From: Mobula hypostoma
Taxonomy: Eukaryota
Length of the DNA stretch: 64,000 nt
Assembly (NCBI RefSeq): GCF_963921235.1
Contig: NC_086097.1
Location: 108,874,001 to 108,938,000, forward strand
Reading direction: 5' to 3'
Shown: in pieces, positions 1-10,859 of the stretch
How the letters are laid out: each line of letters begins with the position of its first letter
Position numbering within the stretch: the stretch's first letter is position 1
Translations under genes and position numbers: made by a program
Notes under the pieces: generated by a model
The model's input: only the letters and a program-made list of their open reading frames with translations
The model's database searches: none
Told to the model about the DNA's origin: nothing

Positions 1-989
1 AAGGCTGTATTAGTAACCAGAAATACCTGAAATGGTCCTTCAAGTAAAGGTTTCAAACAATTCTTTCTTTTAAATATCTGCACCACAATGTAATCTTTGG
101 GCTTGATGTCATATAGAGCATAAAAAGAAGTGGTCCCAACACTAACTCCTGTGGAACACCTCTAATCACTGGCCGCCAATCACCAATGGATCCTTTTACT
201 TCCATTCACTGCCTCCTACTAACCAGCCAAGCATACCACGCTAGTAACTTTCCTGTAATACCAAGGGCTCTTAACTTAGTAAGCAGCCTCGTGTGACACC
301 TTGTCAAAGGCCTTCTGAAAGTCCAAATATACAACATCCACTGCATCCCCTTTATGAATCCTACTTGTAATCTCCTTAACAAATTCCAACAAGTTCATCA
401 GGCAAGATTTTCCCTTAAGGAAACCATGCTGACTTTTTCCTATCTTGCCCTGTGTCACCAAGTACTCCATAACCTCATCCTGAACAATTCACTCCAAGCT
501 AACTAGTCTATAATTTTCTGCCTTCCTCCTTTCTTAAAGAGTGGGGTGGCATTTGCAATTTTCCAGTCCTCTGGCACGATGCCAGGGTCCAATGGTTTTT
601 GAAAGATCATTACTAATGCCTCCAGAATTTCAGAACCCTAGGACGCAGTTTATCTGGTCCAGGTGACTTATGTACCCTTAAGACTTTCGGATTTTTGAGC
701 ACCTTCTCCCTTGTAATAGTAACTGCACTCAATTCTATTCCTTCACACACTATAACATCTGGCACACTGCTAATATCTTCCACAGTGAAGACTGATGCAA
801 AATACTCATTTGGTTTATCTGCCATCTCCTTGTCCCCCATTAATATTTCTCTGGCCTCATTTTCTAGCAGCCCTATATCTACTCTTATCTCTCTTTTACT
901 TTTTACATACAGTACTTGAAAAAGTTTTTACTATCCACTTTGATATTGTTTGTTAGCTTGCTTTCATATTTCATCTTTTCTCTCCTAAT

Positions 990-3812
990 AGAAACATAGA
1001 AAATAGGTTCAGGAGTAGGCCATTCGGCCCTTCGAGCCTGCACCGCCATTTATTATGATCATGGTTGATCATCCAACTCAGAACCCCGCCCCAGCCTTCC
1101 CTCCATACCCCCGACCCCCGTAGCCACAAGGGCCATATCTAACTCCCTCTTAAATATAGCCAATGAACTGGCCTCAACTGTTTCCTGTGGCAGAGAATTC
1201 CACAGATTCACCACTCTCTGTGTGAAGAAGTTTTTCCTAATCTCGGTCCTAAAAGGCTTCCCCTCTATCCTCAAACTGTGGCCCCTTGTTCTGGACTTCC
1301 CCAACATCGGATACAATCTTCCTGCATCTAGCCTGTCCAATCCCTTTAGGATTTTATACGTTTCAATCAGATCCCCCCTCAATCTTCTAAATTCCAACGA
1401 GTACAAGCCCAGTTCATCCAGTCTTTCTTCATATGAAAGTCCTGCCATCCCAGGAATCAATCTGGTGAACCTTTTTTGTACTCCCTCTATGGCAAGGATA
1501 TCTTTCCTCAGATTAGGGGACCAAAACTGCACACAATACTCCAGGTGTGGTCTCACCAAGGCCTTGTACAACTGCAGTAGTACCTCCCTGCTCCTGTACT
1601 CGAATCCTCTCGCTATAAATGCCAGCACACCATTCGCCTTTTTCACCGCCTGCTGTACCTGCATGCCCACTTTCAATGACTGGTGTATAATGACACCCAG
1701 GTCTCGTTGCACCTTCCCTTTTCCTAATCGGCCACCATTCAGATAATAATCTGTTTTCCTATTTTTACCACCAAAGTGGATAACTTCACATTTATCCACA
1801 TTAAATTGCATCTGCCATGAATTTGCCCACTCACCCAACCTATTCAAGTCACCCTGCATCCTCTTACCATCCTCCTCACAGCTAACACTGCCACCCAGCT
1901 TCGTGTCATCTGCAAACTTGGAGATGCTGCATTTAATTCCCTCATCCAAGTCATTAATATATATTGTAAACAACTGGGGTCCCAGCACTGAGCCTTGCGG
2001 TACCCCAATAGTCACCGCCTGCCATTCTGAAAAGGTCCTGTTTATTTCCACTCTCTGCTTCCTGTCTGCTAACCAATTCTCCACCCACATCAATACCTTA
2101 CCCCCAATACTGTGTGCTTTAAGTTTGCACACTAATCTCCTGTGTGGGACCTTGTCAAAAGCCTTTTGAAAATCCAAATATACCACATCCACTGGTTCTC
2201 CCCTATCCACTCTACTAGTTACATCCTCAAAAAATTCTATGAGATTCGTCAGACATGATTTTCCTTTCACAAATCCATGCTGACTTTGTCCGATGATTTC
2301 ACCGCTTTCCAAATGCGCTGTTATGACATCCTTGATAACTGACTCCAGTATTTTCCCCACCACCGACGTTAGGCTAATCGGTCTATAATTCCCCGGTTTC
2401 TCTCTCCCTCCTTTTTTAAAAAGTGAGGTTACATTAGCCACCCTCCAATCCTCAGGAACTAGTCCAGAATCTAACGAGTTTTGAAAAATTATCACTAATG
2501 CATCCACTATTTCTTGGGCTACTTCCTTAAGCACTCTAGGATGCAGACCATCTGGCCCTGGGGATTTATCTGCCTTCAATCCCTTCAATTTACCTAACAC
2601 CACTTCCCTACGAACATGTATTTCGCTCAGTTCCTCCATCTCACTGGACCCTCTGTCCCCTACTATTTCTGGAAGATTATTTATGTCCTCCTTAGTGAAG
2701 ACAGAACCAAAGTAATTATTCAATCGGTCTGCCATGTCCTTGCTCCCCATAATCAATTCACCTGTTTCTGTCTGTAGGGAACCTACATTTGTCTTTACCA
2801 GTCTTTTCCTTTTTACATATCTATAAAAGCTTTTACAGTCCGTTTTTATATTCCCTGCCAGTTTTCTCTCATAATCTTTTTTCCCCTTCCTAATTAAGCC
2901 CTTTGTCCTCCTCTGCTGAACTCTGAATTTCTCCCAGTCCTCAGGTGAGCCACTTTCTCTGGCTAATTTGTATGCTTCTTCTTTGGAATTGATACTATCC
3001 CTAATTTCTCTTGTCAGCCACGGGTGCACTACCTTCCTTGATTTATTCTTTTGCCAAACTGGGATGAACAATTGTTGTAGTTCATCCATGCAACCTTTAA
3101 ATGCTTGCCATTGCATATCCACCGTCAATCCTTTAAGTGTCATTTGCCAGTCTATCTTAGCTAATTCATGTCTCATACCTTCAAAGTTACCCCTCTTTAA
3201 GTTCAGAACCTTTGTTTCTGAATTAACTATGTCACTCTCCATCTTAATGAAGAATTCCACCATATTATGGTCACTCTTACCCAAGGGGCCTCTCACGACA
3301 AGATTGCTAATTAACCCTTCCTCATTGCTCAAAACCCAGTCCAGAATAGCCTGCTCTCTAGTTGGTTCCTCGACATGTTGGTTCAAAAAACCATCCCGCA
3401 TACATTCCAAGAAATCCTCTTCCTCAGCACCTTTACCAATTTGGTTCACCCAATCTACATGTAGATTGAAGTCACCTATTATAACTGCTGTTCCTTTATT
3501 GTACACATTTCTAATTTCCTGTTTAATACCATCTCCGACCTCACTACTACTGTTAGGTGGCCTGTACACAACTCCCACCAGCGTCTTCTGCTCCTTAGTG
3601 TTACGCAGCTCTACCCATATCGATTCCACATCTTCCCGGCTTATGTTCTTCCTTTCTATTGCGTTAATCTCTTCTTTAACCAGCAACGCCACCCCACCTC
3701 CCCTTCCTTCATGTCTATCCCTCCTGAATATTGAATATCCCTGAACGTTGAGCTCCCATCCCTGGTCACCCTGGAGCCATGTCTCTGTGATCCCAACTAT
3801 ATCATAATCATA
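990..3812 (-). mobile_element. Young 5'-truncated CR1 LINE (family A)
   Basis: (tttctatg)n-type tail at 990-1005. One open APE+RT frame. Flanked by 'taat' (986-989 and 3811-3814; TSD or microhomology) inside the older CR1. Confidence 0.95.
1059..3810 (-). CDS. CR1 ORF2 (APE endonuclease + reverse transcriptase), lacking its N-terminus
   Basis: The 877-aa tracked ORF stays open upstream (YDIVGITETWLQGDQGWEL). Motifs YRPP, GDFN, LDWVL, SDHN, DFQKAFDKV, GVPQGSVLGP and FADD are all intact. The last ~20 aa are frameshifted relative to sister copies (GIRGYGGKAG). Confidence 0.9.
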
Positions 3813-4128
3813 ATGATTCTTTTAGTTGATCTCTGTAGGTTTTTAAAACTTCCCAATCCTCTATCTTCCTGCTGGTTTTTGCTTTGTTGTATGTCTATCC
3901 TGCACCTTCCTCATTTTCCCCAAAAGCTCATGCCATTGCTGCTCTGCTGTCATCCCTGCCAGCAGCTCCTTCCAATTTATGTTGGCCAGCTCCTCTCTCA
4001 TACCACTGTAATTTCCTTTACACTACTGTCAAAGTCTGCCACATCAGACTTTATTTTCTCCCTATCAAATTTCAAGTTGAACTCATATTGTGATCACTGC
4101 CTCCAAGGGTTCTTTCACCTTTAGCTCC

Positions 4129-4768
4129 TGGCATTTATAGCGAGAGGATTCGAGTACAGGAGCAGGGAGGTACTACTGCAGTTGTACAAGGCCTTGGTGA
4201 GACCACACCTGGAGTATTGTGTGCAGTTTTGGTCTCCTAATCTGAGGAAAGACATCTTTGCCATAGAGGGAGTACAAAGAAGGTTCACCAGATTGATTCC
4301 TGGGATGGCAGGTCTTTCATATGAAGAAAGACTGGATGAACTGGGCTTGTACTCGTTGGAATTTAGAAGATTGAGGGGGGATCTGATTGAAACGTATAAG
4401 ATCCTAAAGGGATTGGACAGGCTAGATGCGGGAAGATTGTTCCCGATGTTGGGGAGGTCCAGAACGAGGGGTCACAGTTTGAGGATAGAGGGGAAGCCTT
4501 TTAGGACCGAGATTAGGAAAAACTTCTTCACACAGAGAGTGGTGAATCTGTGGAATTCTCTGCCACAGCAAACTGTTGAGGCCAGTTCATTAGCTATGTT
4601 TAAAAGGAAGTTAGATATGGCCCTTGTGGCTGCAGGGGTCAGGGGGTATGGAGGGAAGGCTGGGTTCTGAGTTGGATGATCAGCCATGATCATAATAAAT
4701 GGCGGTGCAGGCTCGAGGGGCCGAATGGCCTACTCCTGCACCTATTTTCTATGTTTCTATGTTTCTAT
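4129..4768 (+). mobile_element. CR1 family A 3' fragment (~640 bp)
   Basis: ORF 4182-4670 (LVRPHLEYCVQFWSP..FFTQRVVNLWNSLP) followed by a (tttctatg)n tail at 4746-4768. Confidence 0.93.
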
Positions 4769-5756
4769 AACACCCAATCCAGTGTAGCTGATCCCTAAGT
4801 AGCCTCAAAGACAAACTGCTCTAAAAAGCTATCTCATAGGTATTCAACAAATTCACTCTCTTGAGATCCATTACCAACCTGATTTTCCCAATTGACCTGC
4901 ATGTTGACTATCATAACATTGCCCTTTTGACACACCTTTTGTATTTCCTATTGCAATCTATGGTCCACATCCCAACTACTGTTGAGAGGCCTGTATATAA
5001 CTGCCTTCAGGGTCCTTTTACTCTTCCAGTTTTGTAACTCAACCCACAAGGATTCAACATCTTCTGATCCTATGTCACTTCTTTCTACCGATTTAATGCC
5101 AGCAGAGCCACGGCACCCCCTTTGCCTACCTTCCCATCCCTCCAATACAATGTGTAACCTTGGACATTCAGCTCCCAACTATAACCATCCTTCAGTCATG
5201 ATTCATCATACCTGACAATTTGTAATAGTGCAACGAGATCATCTGCATTATTTCTTATACTCTGTGCATTGAGTACTGTATTTGCTACCCTTTTTGATTC
5301 TGCATCTCTAGTGTACTGGTGCTCACTTTGCTGGCTACAATTTTGTCCTATCATCTGCCTGCCCTTCCTGACAATCTGACTGCATGCTAGCTGTGCTTTT
5401 TTACCATCCATCCTAACCTGAATCCCTTCACTCTGGTTCCCACCCTCCCGCCAAATTAGTTTAAACCCTCCCTACCAGACTTGTCTAGGAGAATATTGGT
5501 CCCCCTCGAGTTTAGGTGCAACCTGTCCCTTTTGTACAGGTCATACCTCCACCAGAAGAGATCGCAATGATCCAAGAACCTGAAGCCCTGCCCCTTGCAC
5601 CAGCTTCTCAGCCAGGCGTTAATCTGTCAAATCGCCCTTTTTCTGCCATCATTGGCGCATGGCACAGACAGCAATCCAGAAATTAATACCCTCGAGGTCC
5701 TGCTTCTCAGCGTACTGCCTAGCTCCCTAAATTTTCTTTTCAGAACCTGAGAAATG

Positions 5757-6830
5757 GGTACCCTTGTGTCCAGATAGCTTCCAGGGGATCCCAAAATGTG
5801 GGATTATTTAAGAAACATTCCACTACTGTAACTGCATCATTTTTTCTAGAAGGAAATGCTTCAACCCATCATGAGAACACATCAATAATAAGTAATACAT
5901 ACTTATACCCTTCACATGGAAGTGCACAAAAGAGCCATCTGATGGTGGGGTATGAGCCCTTGTTACTTGTTCCAATTTTCCCAGGTTCTGTAAGACACAT
6001 AGCATACATTGTCTACAGACATGTTCTGCAACTTGAGATACTTCAGGGGCATGCCAAGTTTGGTTTATTTGATCAATCATTCCACTTTTGTCTGCATGTG
6101 TAAACTTGTGAACACATCGGGGAATCTACGGTACCAATTTTTCTGGGGCCACAATGAGTATATTGGGGTGAAGCCATATACCATAGTGCTGCTTGCAGTC
6201 CAGCTTTTCCCACTTTGCCCTTTTGTCCCATGGAGCAGCAGGCTGGTATGCTCATATGGTCTCCACAGTGAGGGTGTCTTCAGGGTGCTTGTTTCTGGAA
6301 CAACAAGGGCAGGCCAATTGCTGCCTCTTTTGCAGTACAATCTGCCACTTTATTGCCCTGAGAGACCTCATCCATTTGTCTGGTATGTACTGCACATTTA
6401 ATAATCACATCCTGTCTTTTACATGTTCAAATGCTTCCTTAGTTTCTAGGGTAATATGGGTCTGGTTGATTGGGAATTGATATTTTCTGGAGGAGCCGAA
6501 CAATACCAGCATAATCTAAAATCCACTGTATACAATATGCAGTCATCCCCAGGAAATGCTTAATTTCCCTATGAATCATTGGCTGCTTAGCTTGAACTAC
6601 TGTTTTAATCTGGGTTTTAATCAATGACCTTGCATTGGCAATTGGGTATGTCCCAGATATATAAACTTATGGTTGTACAAACTGTAGCTTCTGCTTTGAT
6701 ACTTTATGACCTTTCTTAGCTAGTTTATGTAAAAGGCAGAGGGAGCCCTGCTCACAAGTTTCCTTGTTTGGGAAGGCCAACAGGAGGTCGCCCATGTACT
6801 ATATTAGAGAAGAGCCCCCCCTCCTCCTTC
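5757..6830 (-). pseudogene. pol: Endogenous retrovirus pol remnant (RT C-terminal half, RNase H end, integrase N-half), class I-like
   Basis: Manual translation gives GGSSLI*YMGDLLLA..LLHKLAKKGHKVSKQKLQFVQ (degenerate YxDD region), FLGMTAYCIQWI, IKCAVHT..EVSQGNKVADCTAKEAA (RNase H), VCRQCMLC (integrase zinc finger) and GYKYVLLIIDVFS*WVEAFPSRKNDA (integrase core). Order RT-RH-IN, with large deletions. Confidence 0.85.
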
Positions 6831-7896
6831 CTGGGGAAACTCCTGACCTTTCTTCTTTTTGCAATTACATGTCAAAATATTGATTGCATCAAAATTATTT
6901 TCCAAAGAATTTCAAACTCAAAATCAATACATCAAAGGTCTTGGACAATATCTTTCACATTCTGTAAAAGAAAGCAGTCTCATTAGTAAAGCAACTTTTA
7001 GAATTGCTCCCACAATGATGCAACATCTTAAGGGCACGATCTCTTAAAAACAGCCTTTGCACGCTCCCGCTCTCTCTCAAACACTCCTTCAAACGAACTC
7101 AGTGTGATTCAATGCACTTTACATAATTGAAGCATGCAAACCATTCATACCTTAAACCATTTCAGAAAAACTTTTGCTCCTATTGGTTAAACCATTGCCA
7201 CTATATTCAGTTACAATGAACAAGATTGAGGAAACCTGTTACTCTAAGACTTTAAAATAAAGAAATGTTGAAGTTATTCATTATGCACAAATAAATGACA
7301 TTCAACATTTAAAGCATGAAATTCTCATATTAATCAAAATTTCAACATATTCTGACCCTTTAGAACTCCATTTTGTGATTTTTGTTATAATTTAAATTGT
7401 ATGAAGAGTTTGCTGTACAGTTCCAGACATAATGACCCACATTACCACAGCTGAAACAGCATATTTGACACTGTACTGCTCTTGACAGCAGCTTCCCTGA
7501 TTAGGTGAAGACACACTTCAGTGCTGTTTAGTGTGCCTTCTACAATCTCTGTTGGCTTCTCCACTGACCTGCATTGCTCCACACAATATCCTGTGTATTT
7601 TCTCAAAGGGAAAACACTTGAGCTGCCTCTGGTATTCCTAAAGTTAGAATCAAACTCCTGCACTTCGTTCTCCTCTGCTCTAATCATTTTCCTAAGTACC
7701 ACGTGTAGGGTACTGGGATCAAAAAATGTCAACATCTTTCTAGATTCATCAGTGCTATGAAACCCTAATTTTCTTAACCATCTATTTGGGGGTTCTGGCT
7801 CTAAATGATCTTGATCTAATGTTGATCCATACACCCCTTGGAACACCATCCACAAACAGGACACAAATGCAGTGGGGTGTTCTCCTAGCATTTATG

Positions 7897-8003
7897 CAGA
7901 CATCCCACCTCTCCTGGAACTTCCGGGAATCTCCCGTACATGAATAGTGGCTCCCTGATGCCCGCAAATTATATACAATATCACGGAAATCAGTTTTTTT
8001 GAG

Positions 8004-8042
<39 letters not shown>

Positions 8043-8608
8043 AAGCGAGAGAGAAAGCAAAAGAGAAAGCGCGAGAGCGACCACGAGAGAGAGCGAGAGC
8101 AACAGCGCGCGAGTGAGAGAGAAAGCGAGAGAAAAAGCAAGCAAGAGCATGAGCGAGAGGGAGAGAGAGCGCAAGCAAGTGAGAGAGAAAACAAGCGAGA
8201 GCAAGAGAGAAAGCAAGCGAGAGTGACCACGAGAGAGAGAGAGAGAGAGAGAGCAAGCAAGAGTGCGCCATGGGAGAGTGTCCCAAAAAAAATATAAAAC
8301 GTATGTCACCCCAGGCTACCCTAAGGTGTAGTCCTGCCTAATAGGGGTCAAAAATAATGACAGTGTTGCTCGCTGTACTGTTTGCAACAGTGACTTTTCT
8401 ATTGCCCATGGTGGGTTAAAATGTAAAAGACATGTTGAGGTGAGTTTAATAGGTGTTATTCCTTCATTAGCATAGCTAATGTTATTTAAACTAGCTGGCA
8501 AGCTGCTAAGGAGCTATGCTATTGTACACATCCCACTTCTCCCGGAAGTCTTCCGCAAATTGATGGTGCTACCTCCCTGAAATGAGTTTTTGCAGGGTGG
8601 GATATCTG
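7897..8608 (+). mobile_element. Non-autonomous hAT-type DNA transposon
   Basis: TIRs cagacatcccacc (7897-7909) and ggtgggatatctg (8596-8608) match 12/13. Direct repeat tttatg on both sides (7891-7896, 8609-8614). Internal remnant ARCTVCNSDFSIAHGG..KRH (8368-8439) resembles a hAT transposase N-terminal zinc finger and ends at a gtgag donor-like site. Confidence 0.85.
8001..8260. repeat. Degenerate (GA)n microsatellite inside the hAT element
   Basis: Purine-rich gagaga/gcaa tract. It explains the SL- and RE-repeat ORFs in the track. Confidence 0.95.
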
Positions 8609-8895
8609 TTTATGTAACTCATCTATTGGGTCCCTGTTGTATTGCCATAACAGTCAGTATCACATTCTTTAATTCCCCATTTATTCCTGAGCATGTTGCT
8701 GTGCTTCTGGTAAAATGGAGTGTGAGTTCTGATGCAAGCACATTGTACTCAATCTCCTTTCTTCCTGTATCACCTAGAATGTGTATTGCTCTCTGGCAAC
8801 TAGTTACTCTTGAGAATCATCCCTGGGTAAGGCTATGTCCCGTTATCCTAGGCAATATTCCTCAGCTGCTGTACCCCAAACAGGGTAATGTGTGT

Positions 8896-8959
8896 AGCAA
8901 CACCAGCAACTTTGATATGTGTTGCTTGAATTTCCAGCATCTGCAGAATTCCTGTTGTT
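8896..8959 (+). mobile_element. 64-bp Penelope-type terminal fragment
   Basis: Matches 9893-9950. Flanked by the exact 14-bp TSD agggtaatgtgtgt (8882-8895, 8960-8973). Confidence 0.8.
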
Positions 8960-9735
8960 AGGGTAATGTGTGTTATATTTTGGTTTAGATTTCTTGCTCC
9001 AGCTCCTCCCTCTTGGATAGTAAGTCGGGGGCCCAATTGTGCAGCCCATAGCACCGGCACCTTTTGGTTGTACATCTGAGGAGGGGATCCTTGGGAGGAG
9101 GCTCCTTAGCACCTGCATATCCAGTCACTATCTGCTAAATGGTTCCAATCCACATTTCCATGTCTGTGCTCTTCACCTCTTTCAGGTCCAAAAGCATATA
9201 TTATTCCTCTCAAGTTGACTCTGCAGCTTTAAGCACTCTGTAAGATTTCCAATGTTACTTTTTCTTTTTAGGTGCTGATTTCTCTTTCTGGATCAGGGAA
9301 AGACTCATCCTGTCTATTCTTTTATTTTATCCTTATTGTTTTCCATTTATGTTTACCAATATTAATATCAACTTACCTGTTTTCACTATAGCATCCTGTG
9401 GGTTTTAATAAATTTCAGTATTTAGTTCCAACGCCTGGTGTCCCGGACACCCTTTCATTATTGGATGGTCTACTAATTTCCTTTCTCATATTACCGCAGA
9501 AAAGTTTCATGCATTCCTGATGCTATGGCGCTAAAACCATCCAATACATTTCTGCATATCTCTTTCACGCATCCCGAATGCTAAGTCAGCCTGTATAAGT
9601 GTTCACCTCTTTTCTTACTGAAAATTTGTGTTGTCATGCTGAATGTGTCGGAATCAAGATGAGGAAGCAAGTCCACTCAGGACCATACCACTGATTACGA
9701 TGTATAGGGTGAAAGCGAGACAAAACTCAAGTCTA

Positions 9736-9956
9736 TAGGCCAAGCAGCATCTATAGGAAGTGGCGCAGTCGACGTTTCAGGCCGAGACCCTTCGTCAGGA
9801 CTAACTCTTCCTTCAGTTAGTCCTGACGAAGGGTCTCGGCCTGAAACGTCGACTGCGCCTCTTCCTATAGATGCTGCTTGGCCTGCTGCGTTCACCAGCA
9901 ACTTTGATGTATGTTGCTTGAATTTCCAGCATCTGCAGTATTCCTGTTGTTTGCGT
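9736..9956 (+). mobile_element. Foldback Penelope pLTR-derived insertion
   Basis: 70-bp inverted arms 9737-9806 and 9815-9884 with one mismatch. Exact 15-bp TSD caaaactcaagtcta (9721-9735, 9957-9971). Confidence 0.85.
9819..9854 (+). ncRNA. Minimal type I hammerhead ribozyme motif (mirror copy on the minus strand at 9767-9802)
   Basis: agtc-CTGACGA-agg[gtctcgg]cct-GAAA-cGTC-gact. Conserved core, short helix II, palindromic helix III remnant (acgt) and helix I agtc/gact, as is typical of Penelope pLTRs. Confidence 0.75.
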
Positions 9957-10105
9957 CAAAACTCAAGTCTAACTGCTAAGGGTAAAAAAAATCAACGTAA
10001 GTGGAATACACTCACCTTCCTTCAGCAACTGCTGCTTCTGAGAAGTTTCCCCTCAGCAGTTCTGTCCTTGGAACTTACTGTGTCGCTGTCACGCTTAGGC
10101 AGCAA

Positions 10106-10123
10106 ATCTTGATGGAGCCTCCA
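10106..10123 (-). promoter_or_regulatory. Degenerate primer-binding site (tRNA-Gln-like)
   Basis: The minus strand reads tggaggctccatcaagat, a 15/18 match to TGGAGGTTCCACCGAGAT. It starts 5 nt after an LTR-like ...aaca end (10129). Confidence 0.55.
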
Positions 10124-10128
10124 AATTC

Positions 10129-10565
10129 TGTTATGTACCATTCAGCTAGGTCTTCTAATATAAAGTAACAAACTTAAACAAATTCAGAGTGGATCAAATT
10201 ATAGTGCATTTTAAAAATTTTACTTGCAAGGGATTATCTAGAAAAATAGCTTCTATCTTATGTCTCAAACAAAGCACTTTTATATTTTTTACAGAGAACA
10301 CCAATTAGGTTGCTCCATTCCATAACATTCCTCTGTTATCTTCATTCTTATCTGCTTCTGACATTTGTTCTTTAGAAGCACTGTCCTCTTTATCTCTGTT
10401 ATCAAAACATCCCCTGGTCATAAAACAAATCTGTGATATAAAAAAAGAACACACAGCATCCCATCATAAAACACACACAGACGTGTACGCCTCCATCCTA
10501 AGTAACAAAGTACCTTGAGATTTCATGAGTTCCATTTTGTTACATTACACTTTACAAAAGTTACA
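10129..10565 (-). mobile_element. Putative 5' LTR of the ERV-like element
   Basis: Ends in CA next to the PBS. TATA-like tataaaa at about 10279-10285 on the minus strand. The outer boundary is uncertain and no partner LTR was found. Confidence 0.45.
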
Positions 10566-10859
10566 AAATCATAAAGACTTCAGGGTTACAGATATACTTC
10601 CACACTCTTAGATAGGCACATGGATTATAGAAAAGTGGAGGGCTGTGTAGGAGGGAAGGGTTAGATTGATCTTGCAGGAGGGTAAAAGGTTTGTGCATCA
10701 TTGTGCAAAGGGGCTGTACTGTGTTATAATGTTCTATTTTCCAAGGTGGGGGTGATTCTGCCACATGGTGTACCAGAAGTGCACCAACTCATTGCAAGTT
10801 ATGAGGTAAATTTTGATTGTGATCAAAGGCTGAATTTGGTCACCATTGTGCTGTTTTAC

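Larger units (their letters stand above)
1..5748 (-). mobile_element. Old degenerate CR1 LINE (ORF2 plus end of ORF1), interrupted by two younger CR1 insertions
   Basis: Minus-strand fragments SQHGFLKGKSCLMNLLEF..VYLDFQKAFDKV (276-470), KSPGPDKLRPRVLK (613-840), VESLWVEL..VIYRPLNS (4948-5178) and NAQSIRNN (5196-5411). The sequence resumes collinearly at about 3815 and 4768 after the inserts. Confidence 0.85.
7442..9660 (-). pseudogene. Probable gag remnant of an ERV-like/LTR element, split by hAT and Penelope insertions
   Basis: ORF 7442-7891 begins GEHPTAFVSCLW, resembling a capsid major homology region. It lies between a PBS-like site (10106-10123) and the pol remnant, on the same strand. 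Confidence 0.5.

Noticed and set aside
2968..3744. 258-aa plus-strand ORF (similar ones at 1222, 16018 and 37391)
   Set aside because: Antisense shadows of CR1 ORF2. Their recurrence reflects repeat copies.
6830..7350. 3' LTR partner of the 10129-10565 LTR
   Set aside because: No visible similarity to that LTR and it lies upstream of pol. Left unassigned.
7782..8309. Hydrophobic SL-repeat and RE-repeat ORFs
   Set aside because: Translations of the (GA)n microsatellite.
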